A DNA stretch of 60,329 nt from Lentisphaerae bacterium RIFOXYC12_FULL_60_16. GTDB taxonomy: Bacteria; Verrucomicrobiota; Kiritimatiellia; UBA8416; YA12-FULL-60-10. The notes below the pieces were generated by a model. That model saw only the letters and a list, made by a program, of their open reading frames with translations. It had not been told where the DNA came from and made no database searches. The stretch spans positions 1 through 60,329 of the forward strand of contig MHBQ01000039.1 in the NCBI GenBank assembly GCA_001803315.1, given 5' to 3'. Of this stretch, positions 37,152-47,777 are shown in pieces (position 1 is the first letter of the stretch; every line of letters begins with the position of its first letter). Position numbers and translations under genes: made by a program.

Positions 37152-37739
37152 CTATCGGTTGCCGATCCGGCGGTATTCCTGCTCGAACTGCCGGGCGACT
37201 TCCGGCGCGCGGATGAGGATGAGGTTCTCGTCGTTGCCGGTGACGGCGGCGGTGGTGTAATTGAAGGAGCCGGTGAGAACCCGGGCCTGGTCGATGATGG
37301 TGAACTTGTGGTGCATTTTCTGATCGGCGCGGGTGAACGTGACGGGGATGAGCGGAATGCCGGATTTTTGCAACCGGTGGAGTATGTCGGCCATCCCTTT
37401 CCAGTCGGCGGATGTCTGATCATACTTGATTTCCACGGACACGCCGCGGCGGGCGGCATCCATGAGGGCCTGGGCGATATTCCGGCGGGTAAAGCTGTAG
37501 ATGGCCATATGGATGGATGTCCGGGCGGCGGCGATTTCCCGGATCAAGAGTGTTTCACAGGTGGCGCCGAAAGCCGTTTCGATGCGTCCCGCCACGGCGC
37601 TTTCCGGCCGGAGTTCCGGGGAGGGCCGGGTGCGCCCGGCACCGGCATGATGGCTGGCCATGAACAGGAGGAGCATTCCGGCGACAAGTCCGACACCGAC
37701 CCGGACGTTGCGCGGGGATCCAAGAAATCGGTTGTACAT
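37152..37739 (-). CDS. Phospholipase D-like (Nuc-type) protein
   Basis: Single HKD motif HHKFTIID...TGSFN...NDEN; signal anchor. Confidence 0.9.
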   Translation of the reverse strand: MYNRFLGSPRNVRVGVGLVAGMLLLFMASHHAGAGRTRPSPELRPESAVAGRIETAFGATCETLLIREIAAARTSIHMAIYSFTRRNIAQALMDAARRGVSVEIKYDQTSADWKGMADILHRLQKSGIPLIPVTFTRADQKMHHKFTIIDQARVLTGSFNYTTAAVTGNDENLILIRAPEVARQFEQEYRRIGNR

Positions 37740-37771
37740 GGCACCCCTTTTTCCTAGAGTACGAACTCCCT

Positions 37772-38590
37772 ATGAAAAAGTCATTGAAATACCGTGAAAT
37801 GATCGCCGATGTGCGCCGGGTTGTCGTAAAGATCGGAAGCCGGGTCCTGATCCAGAAGACCGGTCGGCCGGATGTCCGGCGCATACGGGAACTGGTTGCG
37901 GACCTGGCCCGTATCCGGCGGTCGGGACGTGAGGTTGCGGTGGTCACCTCGGGGGCGATCGGCGCCGGCATGGAAGCGCTCGGGATGAAGGAACGGCCGA
38001 CCGCGTTGCCGGATCTCCAGATGGCGGCGGCGGTGGGGCAATGCCGCCTGATGTCGCGGTATGCGGAACTGTTCGGCAAACAGGGATTCAAGGTGGGGCA
38101 GATCCTCCTGACCCACTCGGATTTCCAGCACAAGATTCGTCTGACCAATGCGCGCCGGACGATGGAAACCCTGATGCGTAACCGCGTGATTCCGATCATC
38201 AACGAGAATGATGCGGTGGCGGACGAGGAGATCCGGGCCGACCTGGCGCTTGGGGATAATGATTTCCTGGCATCCCTGGTGGTGAAGTTGATCCGTGCTG
38301 ACCTGATGGTCCTGCTGACGACTGTCGACGGGTTGCGGGAGCACCTTCCGGATGGCCGGACGCGCCGGGTCCGGTACGTGGAGACGATCAACGAAAAGGC
38401 GCTTGGGCTGGTCAAGGGCGGCGCCTCCCCGTTGTCCAAGGGCGGGATGCAGTCCAAGCTTAAGGCTGCCGGCAATGTGGCCGAGGCCGGATGCATGACG
38501 GTGATTGCCAACGGTCGGGAGACCGGGGTGTTGACGCAGATCATGGCGGGTACGGATGTCGGCACGGTGGTGTTGGCGTCGGGGGTTTGA
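37772..38590 (+). CDS. proB: Glutamate 5-kinase (no PUA domain)
   Basis: VVKIGS, TSGA, AAVGQ, NEND, GDND, GGMQSK. Confidence 0.95.
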   Translation: MKKSLKYREMIADVRRVVVKIGSRVLIQKTGRPDVRRIRELVADLARIRRSGREVAVVTSGAIGAGMEALGMKERPTALPDLQMAAAVGQCRLMSRYAELFGKQGFKVGQILLTHSDFQHKIRLTNARRTMETLMRNRVIPIINENDAVADEEIRADLALGDNDFLASLVVKLIRADLMVLLTTVDGLREHLPDGRTRRVRYVETINEKALGLVKGGASPLSKGGMQSKLKAAGNVAEAGCMTVIANGRETGVLTQIMAGTDVGTVVLASGV

Positions 38591-38594
38591 TCCC

Positions 38595-39851
38595 ATGGGG
38601 CTTCATGAAGACATGCTTTTGATGGGCGATCGTGCGCTGGCCGCCTCGCGCCAGTTGTCGGAACTCAGCGCCCGCCGGAAGCATACGATCCTGGAAGCCA
38701 TGGCGGATGGGATTGAACAGCGGCGCAAGATGGTCCTGGAGGCCAACGCACGTGATGTGGATGCCGGCACCAATGCCGGTCTGACGGCTGCCCTGCTGGA
38801 CCGCCTGCGGCTGAACGACAGCCGGGTGGACGGCATGATCAAGTCGCTCCGGGCCGTGGCTGGTTTGAAGGATCCCATCGGGACGCGGCTCAGCCGCTGG
38901 ATCCGGCCCAACGGCCTGGTTATCGTCAAGCGCCGGGTCCCCATCGGGGTGATCGGCATCATTTATGAATCGCGACCGAATGTCACGGCCGATACGGCCG
39001 GCCTGTGCATCAAGACATCCAATGCGGTGATTTTGCGCGGGGGGCGTGAATCCCTTTATTCCAACATGGCCCTTACCGATGCCATGATCGCCGGCGGACG
39101 AACCAAGGGGTTGCCGGAACATGCCGTTCAACTTATCCAGACCACGGACCGGGATGCGGTTCGGGAACTGGTGCAGATGGAGGGACGGGTGGACCTGGTT
39201 ATTCCGCGGGGCGGCGAGTCGCTGATTCGTGCCGTGGTGGAACTGGCCCGGGTGCCCGTGCTCAAGCATTACAAGGGGGTTTGCCACGTCTATGTGGATT
39301 CCGCGGCGAACCTGGACATGGCCATGGCCATCGTCGAGAATGCCAAGTGTCAGCGTCCGGGCGTGTGCAACGCCATGGAAACCCTGCTGGTGCATGAATC
39401 CGTGGCCGCGACTTTCGTGCCGCGCATGGCAGCCCGGTTGACCGAACTCAAGGTGGAACTGCGCGGGGATGAAGCCTGCCGCGGGCTGGTCCCGTCGATA
39501 AAGGAGGCCACGGAACAGGATTGGCATGCGGAATATCTCGACATGATCCTGTCGGTCCGGATCGTGCCATCCCTGGAAGCGGCCATTGAACACATCAATC
39601 GTTACGGCACGCGGCATTCCGATGCCATCGTGACCGAAGATGAAGCGGCGGCGGAGCGGTTCACCGGGCAGGTGGATTCCGCAGCGGTATATGTCAACGC
39701 TTCAACCCGGTTTACCGACGGCGGTGAATTCGGGATGGGCGCTGAGATCGGGATCAGCACCGACAAATTTCATGCCCGTGGCCCCATGGGTCTCGAAGAG
39801 CTGACCAGCTACAAGTACGTGGTGTACGGGACCGGCCAGGTCCGGAAATAA
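38595..39851 (+). CDS. proA: Gamma-glutamyl phosphate reductase
   Basis: YESRPNVT, PGVCNA, NASTRFTDG, HARGPMG. Confidence 0.97.
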   Translation: MGLHEDMLLMGDRALAASRQLSELSARRKHTILEAMADGIEQRRKMVLEANARDVDAGTNAGLTAALLDRLRLNDSRVDGMIKSLRAVAGLKDPIGTRLSRWIRPNGLVIVKRRVPIGVIGIIYESRPNVTADTAGLCIKTSNAVILRGGRESLYSNMALTDAMIAGGRTKGLPEHAVQLIQTTDRDAVRELVQMEGRVDLVIPRGGESLIRAVVELARVPVLKHYKGVCHVYVDSAANLDMAMAIVENAKCQRPGVCNAMETLLVHESVAATFVPRMAARLTELKVELRGDEACRGLVPSIKEATEQDWHAEYLDMILSVRIVPSLEAAIEHINRYGTRHSDAIVTEDEAAAERFTGQVDSAAVYVNASTRFTDGGEFGMGAEIGISTDKFHARGPMGLEELTSYKYVVYGTGQVRK

Positions 39852-39960
39852 ACCGGTTGAGGCTCCCGCAAAACCCCGCAGGAGGTTTTACAGGCACCCT
39901 GGGGAGAAGGCGGACGAATCCCTGTTATTGCCCTGGAGTCTGTACTTGTCGGACAGCCGG

Positions 39961-40683
39961 TTACTTGTCCATGGCGGGGATATCAATGGGCGGGACGTTG
40001 GCGTCTGCGGCAGGCGCCGGGCCGGGGGCGGGCGACGGTGTCGGCAGGGGAACCTGAACAGATGGGGTATCGAGGGGAACCATCTTGACCGATTCCCCTT
40101 CGGACGGTGCAGACGGTGCGGGAGTCACGGAGTGCGGCGATTCTCCGCCTGGTTTTCCGTAGCGGCCGAACCGGCGGCGTTCCTCGTTGAGGTCCGTGAT
40201 TTGCAACTGGTGCCGCTCCGCCAGCCAGGACCATTCCCCTTTCTTGAATTTCAGGGATTCATGCAGGGTGTTCAGGATGATCGCCATACTCATGCTGGGG
40301 ATCGATTTTACGTCCGGGCAGAAGGCGGTTGCCGTCGGCAATACGCCGGGTACATCACTTTCGTTGCCGATGATAAAGGCGCGGGTGGGTGCGACGGCAA
40401 ACAACCGGCCGGCCGCATAGGTGTCGAGATCGGTCCGCATCCAGTCATTCGCCGTCTTGTTCCACACATGCAGGATGGGACTTTCCGGAATCTTTCCTTT
40501 TTCGAACGACACCAGGTAGGAATCGCGGATGCTGGCAAGATCGAACCCGAGTTTGACCAAGGTATAACGGGCCGGGAAGACAAACAGGATCGGGCCCTCA
40601 CCTGCGCGTGCGCACGGCATGAACATCGATGTCAACAGTGCAATACCAAGTACAACAAATCCGAACCGAAACTGTTTACGCAT
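39961..40683 (-). CDS. Secreted hypothetical protein with Pro-rich tail
   Basis: Signal peptide ending ARA; low-complexity C-terminus. Confidence 0.65.
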   Translation of the reverse strand: MRKQFRFGFVVLGIALLTSMFMPCARAGEGPILFVFPARYTLVKLGFDLASIRDSYLVSFEKGKIPESPILHVWNKTANDWMRTDLDTYAAGRLFAVAPTRAFIIGNESDVPGVLPTATAFCPDVKSIPSMSMAIILNTLHESLKFKKGEWSWLAERHQLQITDLNEERRRFGRYGKPGGESPHSVTPAPSAPSEGESVKMVPLDTPSVQVPLPTPSPAPGPAPAADANVPPIDIPAMDK

Positions 40684-40776
40684 GGGTGACCCCCGTTGCT
40701 GCGGCGTTTGGACGCCTTGCCAGACCTTTGCCATACATCGAGTCGAAATGTCCTATCACCAGCCCGGAAAGTCAAC

Positions 40777-41985
40777 TCATTTCCCGAGCATCTTGCGGAA
40801 CTCCGCGGTGAGCATGGGGACGATTTTGAGCGCATCGCCGACGATTCCGTAGGTGGCCACCTTGAAAATCGGGGCGTCGGGATCCTTGTTGATGGCCACG
40901 ATGATGTCCGCGGCGGACATGCCCACCAGATGCTGGATCTGGCCGCTGATGCCGCAGGCAAAATAGATTTTCGGGCATACGGTTTTACCGGTCTGTCCCA
41001 CCTGGTGGGAGTAGGGCATCCAGTTGGCATCCACCGCGGCGCGCGACGCGCCTACGGCGGCGCCGATGACCGACGCCAGATCCTGCAGGAGGGAGAAGTT
41101 TTCAGGTTTCTGCATGCCGCGGCCGCCGGAAACGATGATGTCGGCTTCCGCAAGTTTGACCACGTTCCCGGTTTCCGCCACGAGATTGAGGCGGCGGGTA
41201 CGGCTCTTGAGCAGGGCGTCGGCTACGGCTTCCACCACGGTTTCGCCGGTGCGGGAGGGGTCGGCCACCGCCTCCTTCATCACCTTGTGGCGCACGGTAG
41301 CCATCTGGGGTCGGGTGGCCGGGGAGATGATGGTGGCCATGATGTTGCCGCCAAACGCGGGACGGGTCTGCAGGAGGTTCCTGGTTTCGGGGTCGATGGC
41401 CAGTCCGGTGCAGTCGGCGGTAAGGCCTGTCCGGACCGCCACGGCCACCCGTGATACCAGGCTGCGTCCGATGGTGGTGGCGCCGCACAGGAAAATGGCC
41501 GGCTTATGGCGGCGGACCAGGTCGGTCAGAACGGCGGCATAGGGCTCGTCCTGGAAATAGGCCAGTTCGGGACGATCCGCCACGTAGACCCGGTCGGCGC
41601 CGCGGGCAATCAGTTCGGCGGATTGTTTGCCGATGCCGGAACCCAGCAGGACGGCACAGAGCTTCATGCCGAGCTGATCGGCCAGTTTGCGGCCTTCGCC
41701 CAGCAGTTCGTGGGTGATGGATTCGATGTGGCCGTCCACCTGTTCGACGAATACCCACACATCATGGTACTGGCTGAGGTCGGCGGTTGTTTCAACGGCC
41801 TTTTTCAGGTCGATGGCGTCAAACCGGCAGGCTTCCACGCAGGCTCCGCACAGGGTGCATTTGAGCAGGTCGATCTGAGCCAGCTGGTCCTCCACGGCAA
41901 TCGCACCGAACGGGCACGCCTTGACGCACAGTTTGCAACCGACGCATTTGTCTTCGATGATCCGGATACTGGATTCTGCTGCCAT
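40777..41985 (-). CDS. etfA: Electron transfer flavoprotein alpha with N-terminal 2x[4Fe-4S] domain
   Basis: CVGCKLCVKACP, CTLCGACVEAC; GLTADCT, QVGQTGK, GISGQIQH. Confidence 0.95.
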   Translation of the reverse strand: MAAESSIRIIEDKCVGCKLCVKACPFGAIAVEDQLAQIDLLKCTLCGACVEACRFDAIDLKKAVETTADLSQYHDVWVFVEQVDGHIESITHELLGEGRKLADQLGMKLCAVLLGSGIGKQSAELIARGADRVYVADRPELAYFQDEPYAAVLTDLVRRHKPAIFLCGATTIGRSLVSRVAVAVRTGLTADCTGLAIDPETRNLLQTRPAFGGNIMATIISPATRPQMATVRHKVMKEAVADPSRTGETVVEAVADALLKSRTRRLNLVAETGNVVKLAEADIIVSGGRGMQKPENFSLLQDLASVIGAAVGASRAAVDANWMPYSHQVGQTGKTVCPKIYFACGISGQIQHLVGMSAADIIVAINKDPDAPIFKVATYGIVGDALKIVPMLTAEFRKMLGK

Positions 41986-41994
41986 GACAACTCC

Positions 41995-42789
41995 TCAGGA
42001 AGCGGTGCCTAAAACGACGGATTTGAGTTCCTTGACCAGTTCCGCCACGACCTGGTCGGGTTCCCCCTCGAGACGCTTGCCGCCCTGGCGGGGCGGCGGG
42101 GTGAAGATGCGCACCACCTTGGTGGGGGAACCGTTCAGCCCGGTCTTGTCGGCGGTGGCCCCGATGTCGTTGGCGGTCCATTTGACCAGTTCCGCCTTGC
42201 GGGCGGCCATTTTCCCCTTGAGCGACGGCAGGCGGGGTTCGTTGATTTCCTTGACGACGGTCAGGAGGCACGGGATCGGGATGTCGATCACCTCGTAGCC
42301 GGATTCGAGCAGGCGTTCGGCGACCAGGTGATGCTCGTCGATGGTCTCGATCTTGCGGACGTAGGTGACCTGGGGGAGGTCCAGGTGGGTGGCGATGCCG
42401 GGGCCGACCTGGGCCGTGTCGCCGTCGGAGGCCTGCTTGCCGCACAGCACCACGCCGAACTCGCCCAGCTTGCGGATCGCGCAGGCGAGGGTGTAGCTGG
42501 TGGCCCAGGTGTCGCTGCCGGCGAAGGCGCGATCAGAAACCAGGACCCCGGTATCCACGCCCATGGCAATGGCTTCACGGAGGGCCGCTTCAGCCTGCGG
42601 GGGGCCCATGGTGACGGCGGTAACCTTGCCCCCCAGACGTTCCTTGAGCCGGATAGCCTCCTCGATGGCGTACATGTCGAACGGGTTGATGATGGCGGCG
42701 ACTCCTTCACGCATCAGCGTGTTGGTTTCGGCGTTGATCTTGACGTCCGTTGTTTCCGGCACCTGTTTGATGCAAACAATGAAATGCAT
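41995..42789 (-). CDS. etfB: Electron transfer flavoprotein beta
   Basis: VCIKQVP, INPFD, GSDTWAT, DGDTAQVG. Confidence 0.95.
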   Translation of the reverse strand: MHFIVCIKQVPETTDVKINAETNTLMREGVAAIINPFDMYAIEEAIRLKERLGGKVTAVTMGPPQAEAALREAIAMGVDTGVLVSDRAFAGSDTWATSYTLACAIRKLGEFGVVLCGKQASDGDTAQVGPGIATHLDLPQVTYVRKIETIDEHHLVAERLLESGYEVIDIPIPCLLTVVKEINEPRLPSLKGKMAARKAELVKWTANDIGATADKTGLNGSPTKVVRIFTPPPRQGGKRLEGEPDQVVAELVKELKSVVLGTAS

Positions 42790-42972
42790 ACGCAAATCCC
42801 CTGTACCACCCGTTTTCGTTTTTCGACGGAGGCGGTACCCTACACAACCCGGGCCGGTTCCGACAAGCGGAAATCAGGGACGGGTTTCCGGCGGTTCTTG
42901 ACGCCTTCATACATGGGAGGGTATGGTGTCCGGCAGGTGTGCTGAACAACGGATGAACGGGAGGGAAAAGCC

Positions 42973-43560
42973 ATGATTACAGGATTTGTCACGCTGGCGG
43001 TTGTGGTCGTGCTGGCCATGTTCGTGGTTGGTATTTATAACCGGCTGGTGACGTTACGGAACCATTTCCGCAATGCCTACAGCCAGATCGATGTGCAGTT
43101 GAAGCGCCGGTATGACCTGATCCCCAACCTGGTGGAAAGCGCCAAAGCCTATATGTCGCATGAACGCGGTACACTGGAAGCGGTGATCCAGGCGCGGAAC
43201 CAGGCGGCTGCGGCCAACCAGGCTGCCGCGGCCAATCCGGGCAATGCCCAGGCCATGCAGGGGCTGATGGGCGCCGAAGCTGCCCTGACCGGTTCGGTCG
43301 GCAAGCTGTTTGCCCTGATGGAAAATTACCCGGATCTCAAGGCCAACCAGTCCATTGCCCAGTTGATGGAGGAACTGACCTCCACCGAGAACCGGATCGC
43401 CTTTGCCCGGCAGGCGTTCAATGATTCCGTCATGGGGTACAATACGGCCCGCGAGGTGTTTCCCAACGTGATCATCGCCAACACCTTCGGTTTCCAGCCC
43501 GCCACCTTGTTTGAAATCACCAACGTGGCTGAGCGCGAAGGGGTTAAGGTCAAGTTCTAG
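42973..43560 (+). CDS. lemA: LemA family protein
   Basis: YNRLV, IDVQLKRRYDLIPNLV, ENYPDLKAN. Confidence 0.95.
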   Translation: MITGFVTLAVVVVLAMFVVGIYNRLVTLRNHFRNAYSQIDVQLKRRYDLIPNLVESAKAYMSHERGTLEAVIQARNQAAAANQAAAANPGNAQAMQGLMGAEAALTGSVGKLFALMENYPDLKANQSIAQLMEELTSTENRIAFARQAFNDSVMGYNTAREVFPNVIIANTFGFQPATLFEITNVAEREGVKVKF

Positions 43561-43597
43561 TCCCCGGCGTGCGGTTTAAAAAGGTGCGAGGTGGCCC

Positions 43598-45562
43598 ATG
43601 GCCATGAATTTCTTCGAGCACCAGGAGCGTGCCCGGCGCAAGAGTGGTTTGCTCGTCGGGTATTACTTCCTGGCGGTGGCGATGATCATCCTCCTGGTTT
43701 ACTTGGTCCTGGTCGGGCTCTGGAGCACGACCATCAAGGATGTGCCGGATGGCCGGGCCCTGTCGTTTGCCGACCTGTGGCGTGCGGATCTTTTCTTCTG
43801 GGTGGCGGGCGTGACCACGATGATTGTGGTGCTTGGGTCCTGGTATAAGATCCATCAGTTGTCCCGGGGGGGTGCGGCCGTTGCGGAATTACTGGGAGGG
43901 CGTGCCCTTAATCCGGCCTCTACCGACCCGTTGGAACGTAAGATCATGAACGTGGTGGAGGAGGTGGCCATTGCGGCCGGGACGCAGGTGCCGACCGTTT
44001 ACCTGCTCGATGGGGAGGATTCCATCAACGCCTTTGCCGCGGGATTCAATCCCGGGGATGCGGTGGTGGGCCTCACGCGCGGGGCGGCGGTCCAGTTGAC
44101 GCGGGACGAATTGCAGGGCGTGATCGCGCATGAATTCAGCCATATTTTCAACGGCGACATGCGCCTGAACATCCGGCTGATGGGGGTCTTGAACGGGATA
44201 CTGATCATCGCCATGATGGGGTACTGGGTGATGCGGTCCACCTTGCGGTCCGGGCGGACGCGGAGCCGCCGGGGCGGCAAAGGGGATATCACGCCGTTGA
44301 TCGCGCTTGGCGGGTTCCTGGTGATGGTGGTGGGATATGTCGGGGTTTTCTTCGGCAAGCTGATCAAAAGTGCCGTATCGCGTCAGCGGGAATTTTTGGC
44401 GGATGCCTCGGCGGTGCAGTTCACGCGGAACCCGGACGGGATCGGTGGGGCGCTGGCCAAGATCGGCGGTTTCAAGGGGGACTCCGCACTGGCCTCCCCC
44501 AACGCGGAGGAAGCGAGCCATTTCTTTTTCAGCAACGGGTTAAGTGCCGCCTGGTTCGGGTTGATGGCCACGCATCCGCCCCTCAAGGAGCGGATCCGGC
44601 GTATTGATCCGGGGTTGTTGGATGCCGGTGCACGAGCGAAACCCGTATCCCCGGTGGGGGGGAATGTTGAACGGGTGGCGCCCGGGGCGGCCGGTATGGC
44701 CGGACTTTCCGGATTCACGGGGACTGGTGGGGGTGCCGGCGGGGTGGTGGAGCAGGTGGGGCAACTGACGGCGGATCACCTGGCCTATGCCGGACATCTG
44801 CTGGAATCCATTCCAGGTCCGGTACGCGACCGGTTGCATGACGTATCCGGGGCGCAGGCCGTGGTGGCGATATTGCTGCTGGATCGTGAACATCCTGAGG
44901 TGCGTGAGAAGCAGATTGCGATGCTCAAGGCCCAGGCGGATACGGCCGTGTGGCGGGAGGTTGAGCAGCAACGGGAGGCCATTGAGAAACTGGGCTCGCC
45001 CTATCGCCTGGTGCTGGCGGATCTGGCCATGCCGGCGTTGCGCCGGATGGGGCGTGATGCCTTTGGCCGGTTTTCCGCCTGGATGGCGGCCCTGGTGGCG
45101 GCGGACAACCTGGTGGACCTGTTCGAATATGCCCTGCAGCGGATGGTGCGACGGCACGTCAGCCGTGAGTTGGGGTTGGAAAAACCGCCGGCCTTGTCGG
45201 CTTCCGGGATCCAGGCGTATGCAGATTCCGTTACTTCCCTGTTGTCCTGCCTGGCGGTCTGGGGCCATCGTGACGATGCCCGTGCCCGCACGGCCTACCA
45301 GCGGGGGGCGGATCAATTGCCGCTGGAAGCCCGACGGGCGGCCATGATGGAACGTTCCGGATGCGGGCTGGATGCCCTTGATGCGGCCCTTGGGCAACTT
45401 GAACGCGCTTCATCCAGGGTCAAGCAGGCGGTGCTGGCCGCCTGTGCAACCGTGGTGATCTCGGATCAGGACGTGACAACGGAAGAAGCGGAGATGTTGC
45501 GCGCCGTGGCCGATGCCCTGGATTGCCCGCTCCCGCCGTTGATGGTGAAGCCGGTGGCCTGA
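43598..45562 (+). CDS. M48 (HtpX-like) zinc metalloprotease with C-terminal extension
   Basis: INAFAAG, AHEFSH, SRQREFLADA, THPPL. Confidence 0.92.
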   Translation: MAMNFFEHQERARRKSGLLVGYYFLAVAMIILLVYLVLVGLWSTTIKDVPDGRALSFADLWRADLFFWVAGVTTMIVVLGSWYKIHQLSRGGAAVAELLGGRALNPASTDPLERKIMNVVEEVAIAAGTQVPTVYLLDGEDSINAFAAGFNPGDAVVGLTRGAAVQLTRDELQGVIAHEFSHIFNGDMRLNIRLMGVLNGILIIAMMGYWVMRSTLRSGRTRSRRGGKGDITPLIALGGFLVMVVGYVGVFFGKLIKSAVSRQREFLADASAVQFTRNPDGIGGALAKIGGFKGDSALASPNAEEASHFFFSNGLSAAWFGLMATHPPLKERIRRIDPGLLDAGARAKPVSPVGGNVERVAPGAAGMAGLSGFTGTGGGAGGVVEQVGQLTADHLAYAGHLLESIPGPVRDRLHDVSGAQAVVAILLLDREHPEVREKQIAMLKAQADTAVWREVEQQREAIEKLGSPYRLVLADLAMPALRRMGRDAFGRFSAWMAALVAADNLVDLFEYALQRMVRRHVSRELGLEKPPALSASGIQAYADSVTSLLSCLAVWGHRDDARARTAYQRGADQLPLEARRAAMMERSGCGLDALDAALGQLERASSRVKQAVLAACATVVISDQDVTTEEAEMLRAVADALDCPLPPLMVKPVA

Positions 45563-45712
45563 CCCATGGGCGGGGTGCCGGCAGGCGCCCGCTTCCGGCG
45601 TTGGGGTGGTATAAAATTGAAATCGAGTGGGGCTTGAAATAGGTCGGTTGGTTTGCGAAGATTCCGGCTTCGTTCCGGCGGAATTCGTCGGGACGGGAAG
45701 GAGTGCTGTGAC

Positions 45713-46819
45713 GTGACACGAACTGCATTGCCACATTTGGAGGAATCTTTGCGACGGGGACTGGACCTGTTGCAGGAGAAATTGCTGGAGATGGCGACGC
45801 GCGCCGAACAGGCGCATTGGGATGCACTCGATGCCCTCAAGCGGATGGATCGCCAGGCGGCGTATCTCGTGATTTTCCGGGACCAGCACATTGACCGGCT
45901 GGAGACGGAGTTGGACCGCCTGTGCATCGAGTTTTTGGTCCGGCAGCAGCCGGCCGGCCGTCATTTGCGGTTCGTGTTTTCGGTGGTCAAGATCACCAAG
46001 GAACTTGAACGCGTGGGCGATTATGCCGAAAGCGTGGCCCGGCAGGTGTTGAACCTGGCGGTGGCCCCGGCGCCGGAACTGGTTGCCCGCCTTGAACAGC
46101 TTGCGGGTATTTCCCTGCCCATGTTCAAGCAGGCGGTGCAGGCTTTCCTGGAAAGCGACCCCAGCCTTGCCCGTTCGCTGATTCACGAGGAAATCCGGGC
46201 GGACCGGGTACGCCGGGACTTCGATTGTGAAGTGACCGCGTTATGCCGGATTCAGAAAGTGCCAACCGATGCATATGCCCCGTTGCTGACGGTAGCCCGG
46301 CGCCTTGAGCGGGTGTCGGATCAGGCCCGGAACATCTGCGAAGAGACCTTGTATGCTTCGGTTGGGGAATATGTGAAACATCAGGATAGCGGGGTTTTTA
46401 ACGTGCTGTTTGTCGATGACGACACGGCGACCCGCGCCGCCTTGGCGGAACGGATAGCCGGGAAGCTCCAGATCCCTGGATTCACGTTTCATGGGGTGGG
46501 CGTACAGACCGCTCCGCTGGATGTTGCCGTTGCAACCTTTATGCGTGACAAGGGGCTTGATGTCCAGGGGTATCGGGGGCAAACCATGAGTTCCCTTGAT
46601 GCAACGGTCGATCCGCACGTCGTGGTGGTTCTGTCTTCCGGTGTCAAAGATGTCGTGGACCAGCAATTTCGCCGGAGCCTGATCATTGAGTGGCGGATAC
46701 CGCCAGTTGCGGGACAGGTGCCGGCGTGCGAGGAAGCCTGTCGGATTATCGAAGGGCATGTACGGGATCTTGTGGCGGCCATACAGGGAAGTCGAAAGGA
46801 GACGATCAGTGACGTTTAG
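45713..46819 (+). CDS. phoU: PhoU fused to a degenerate LMW-PTP/ArsC-like domain
   Basis: ELERVGDYA, LERVSDQARNICE; C-terminal NVLFVDDDTATRAALAE. Confidence 0.88.
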   Translation: MTRTALPHLEESLRRGLDLLQEKLLEMATRAEQAHWDALDALKRMDRQAAYLVIFRDQHIDRLETELDRLCIEFLVRQQPAGRHLRFVFSVVKITKELERVGDYAESVARQVLNLAVAPAPELVARLEQLAGISLPMFKQAVQAFLESDPSLARSLIHEEIRADRVRRDFDCEVTALCRIQKVPTDAYAPLLTVARRLERVSDQARNICEETLYASVGEYVKHQDSGVFNVLFVDDDTATRAALAERIAGKLQIPGFTFHGVGVQTAPLDVAVATFMRDKGLDVQGYRGQTMSSLDATVDPHVVVVLSSGVKDVVDQQFRRSLIIEWRIPPVAGQVPACEEACRIIEGHVRDLVAAIQGSRKETISDV

Positions 46820-47777
46820 ACAAGCAGGACAGCCGGGATGGGTTGCGGGGCACGTGGTGGTGAGCATGCTGGTGGCGTTGGGGCTTTTCGTTCCAGGCTG
46901 TCGGCGGGGGTCGTCCGATGGCGTGGGCAATCCGACCGATAATGCCGATGCGCGAACCGTGCAGAATGCAGGCTCCGACACGATGGTGAATGTCGCCCAA
47001 GCCTGGGCGGAACGGTATGCCGAAGTCAACAAGGAGGTGTCGATCGAGGTGTCGGGTGGTGGATCGGGAACTGGTATTGCCGGATTGATCAATGGGACGG
47101 TTGATATCGCCAACTGTAGCCGGACCATGTCCGATGATGAGCGGCAACGGATTCAGCAGGTCTACGGAGCGGAACCCACCGAATATGTGGTGGGATATGA
47201 TGCGATGGAGATTTTTGTTCATCCCGACAATCCGATCGAGGAGATAACGATTCAACAGCTTGCCGAGATTTTCGGGGAAAATGGCAAAGTGACCAAGTGG
47301 TCCGATATGGGGGTTGCCCTGACAGGTAATTCCAAGGCAGACGATCCGATTGTTGTGGTCAGTCGACAGTCCAATTCCGGGACGTATTTCTATTTCCGGG
47401 AACATGTGCTGGGTAAAGGGCGTGATTTCAGGCTTGGCACGCTGGACATGCATGGATCCAAGGATGTAGTGGAACTGGTGGCCCGGACGCCCAATGCCAT
47501 CGGATACAGCGGCATGGGGTATGCAACCCCGCAGGTCAAGGGGTTGCGGATCCGCAAGGATGCGGACAGTCCCGGGGTGGCTCCCAGCGTGACAACCACG
47601 CTGGATGGAACCTATCCGATTGCCCGTCCGCTGCTCATGTATGTACGGGGCAAGGCATCGGATCCGGTGCAACATTACCTGGATTGGATTCGTTCACCGG
47701 TTGGCCAGGAGGTGCTCGCGGCGAGTGGTTATGTGCCCCTGCAGCAGGCCATCACCCCGGAGAAGGGCAAGGATTGA
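46809..47777 (+). CDS. pstS: Phosphate ABC transporter substrate-binding lipoprotein
   Basis: GSDTM, GGGSGTG, SRQSNSGT, YPIARPL; start uncertain. Confidence 0.95.
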   Translation: MTFRQAGQPGWVAGHVVVSMLVALGLFVPGCRRGSSDGVGNPTDNADARTVQNAGSDTMVNVAQAWAERYAEVNKEVSIEVSGGGSGTGIAGLINGTVDIANCSRTMSDDERQRIQQVYGAEPTEYVVGYDAMEIFVHPDNPIEEITIQQLAEIFGENGKVTKWSDMGVALTGNSKADDPIVVVSRQSNSGTYFYFREHVLGKGRDFRLGTLDMHGSKDVVELVARTPNAIGYSGMGYATPQVKGLRIRKDADSPGVAPSVTTTLDGTYPIARPLLMYVRGKASDPVQHYLDWIRSPVGQEVLAASGYVPLQQAITPEKGKD

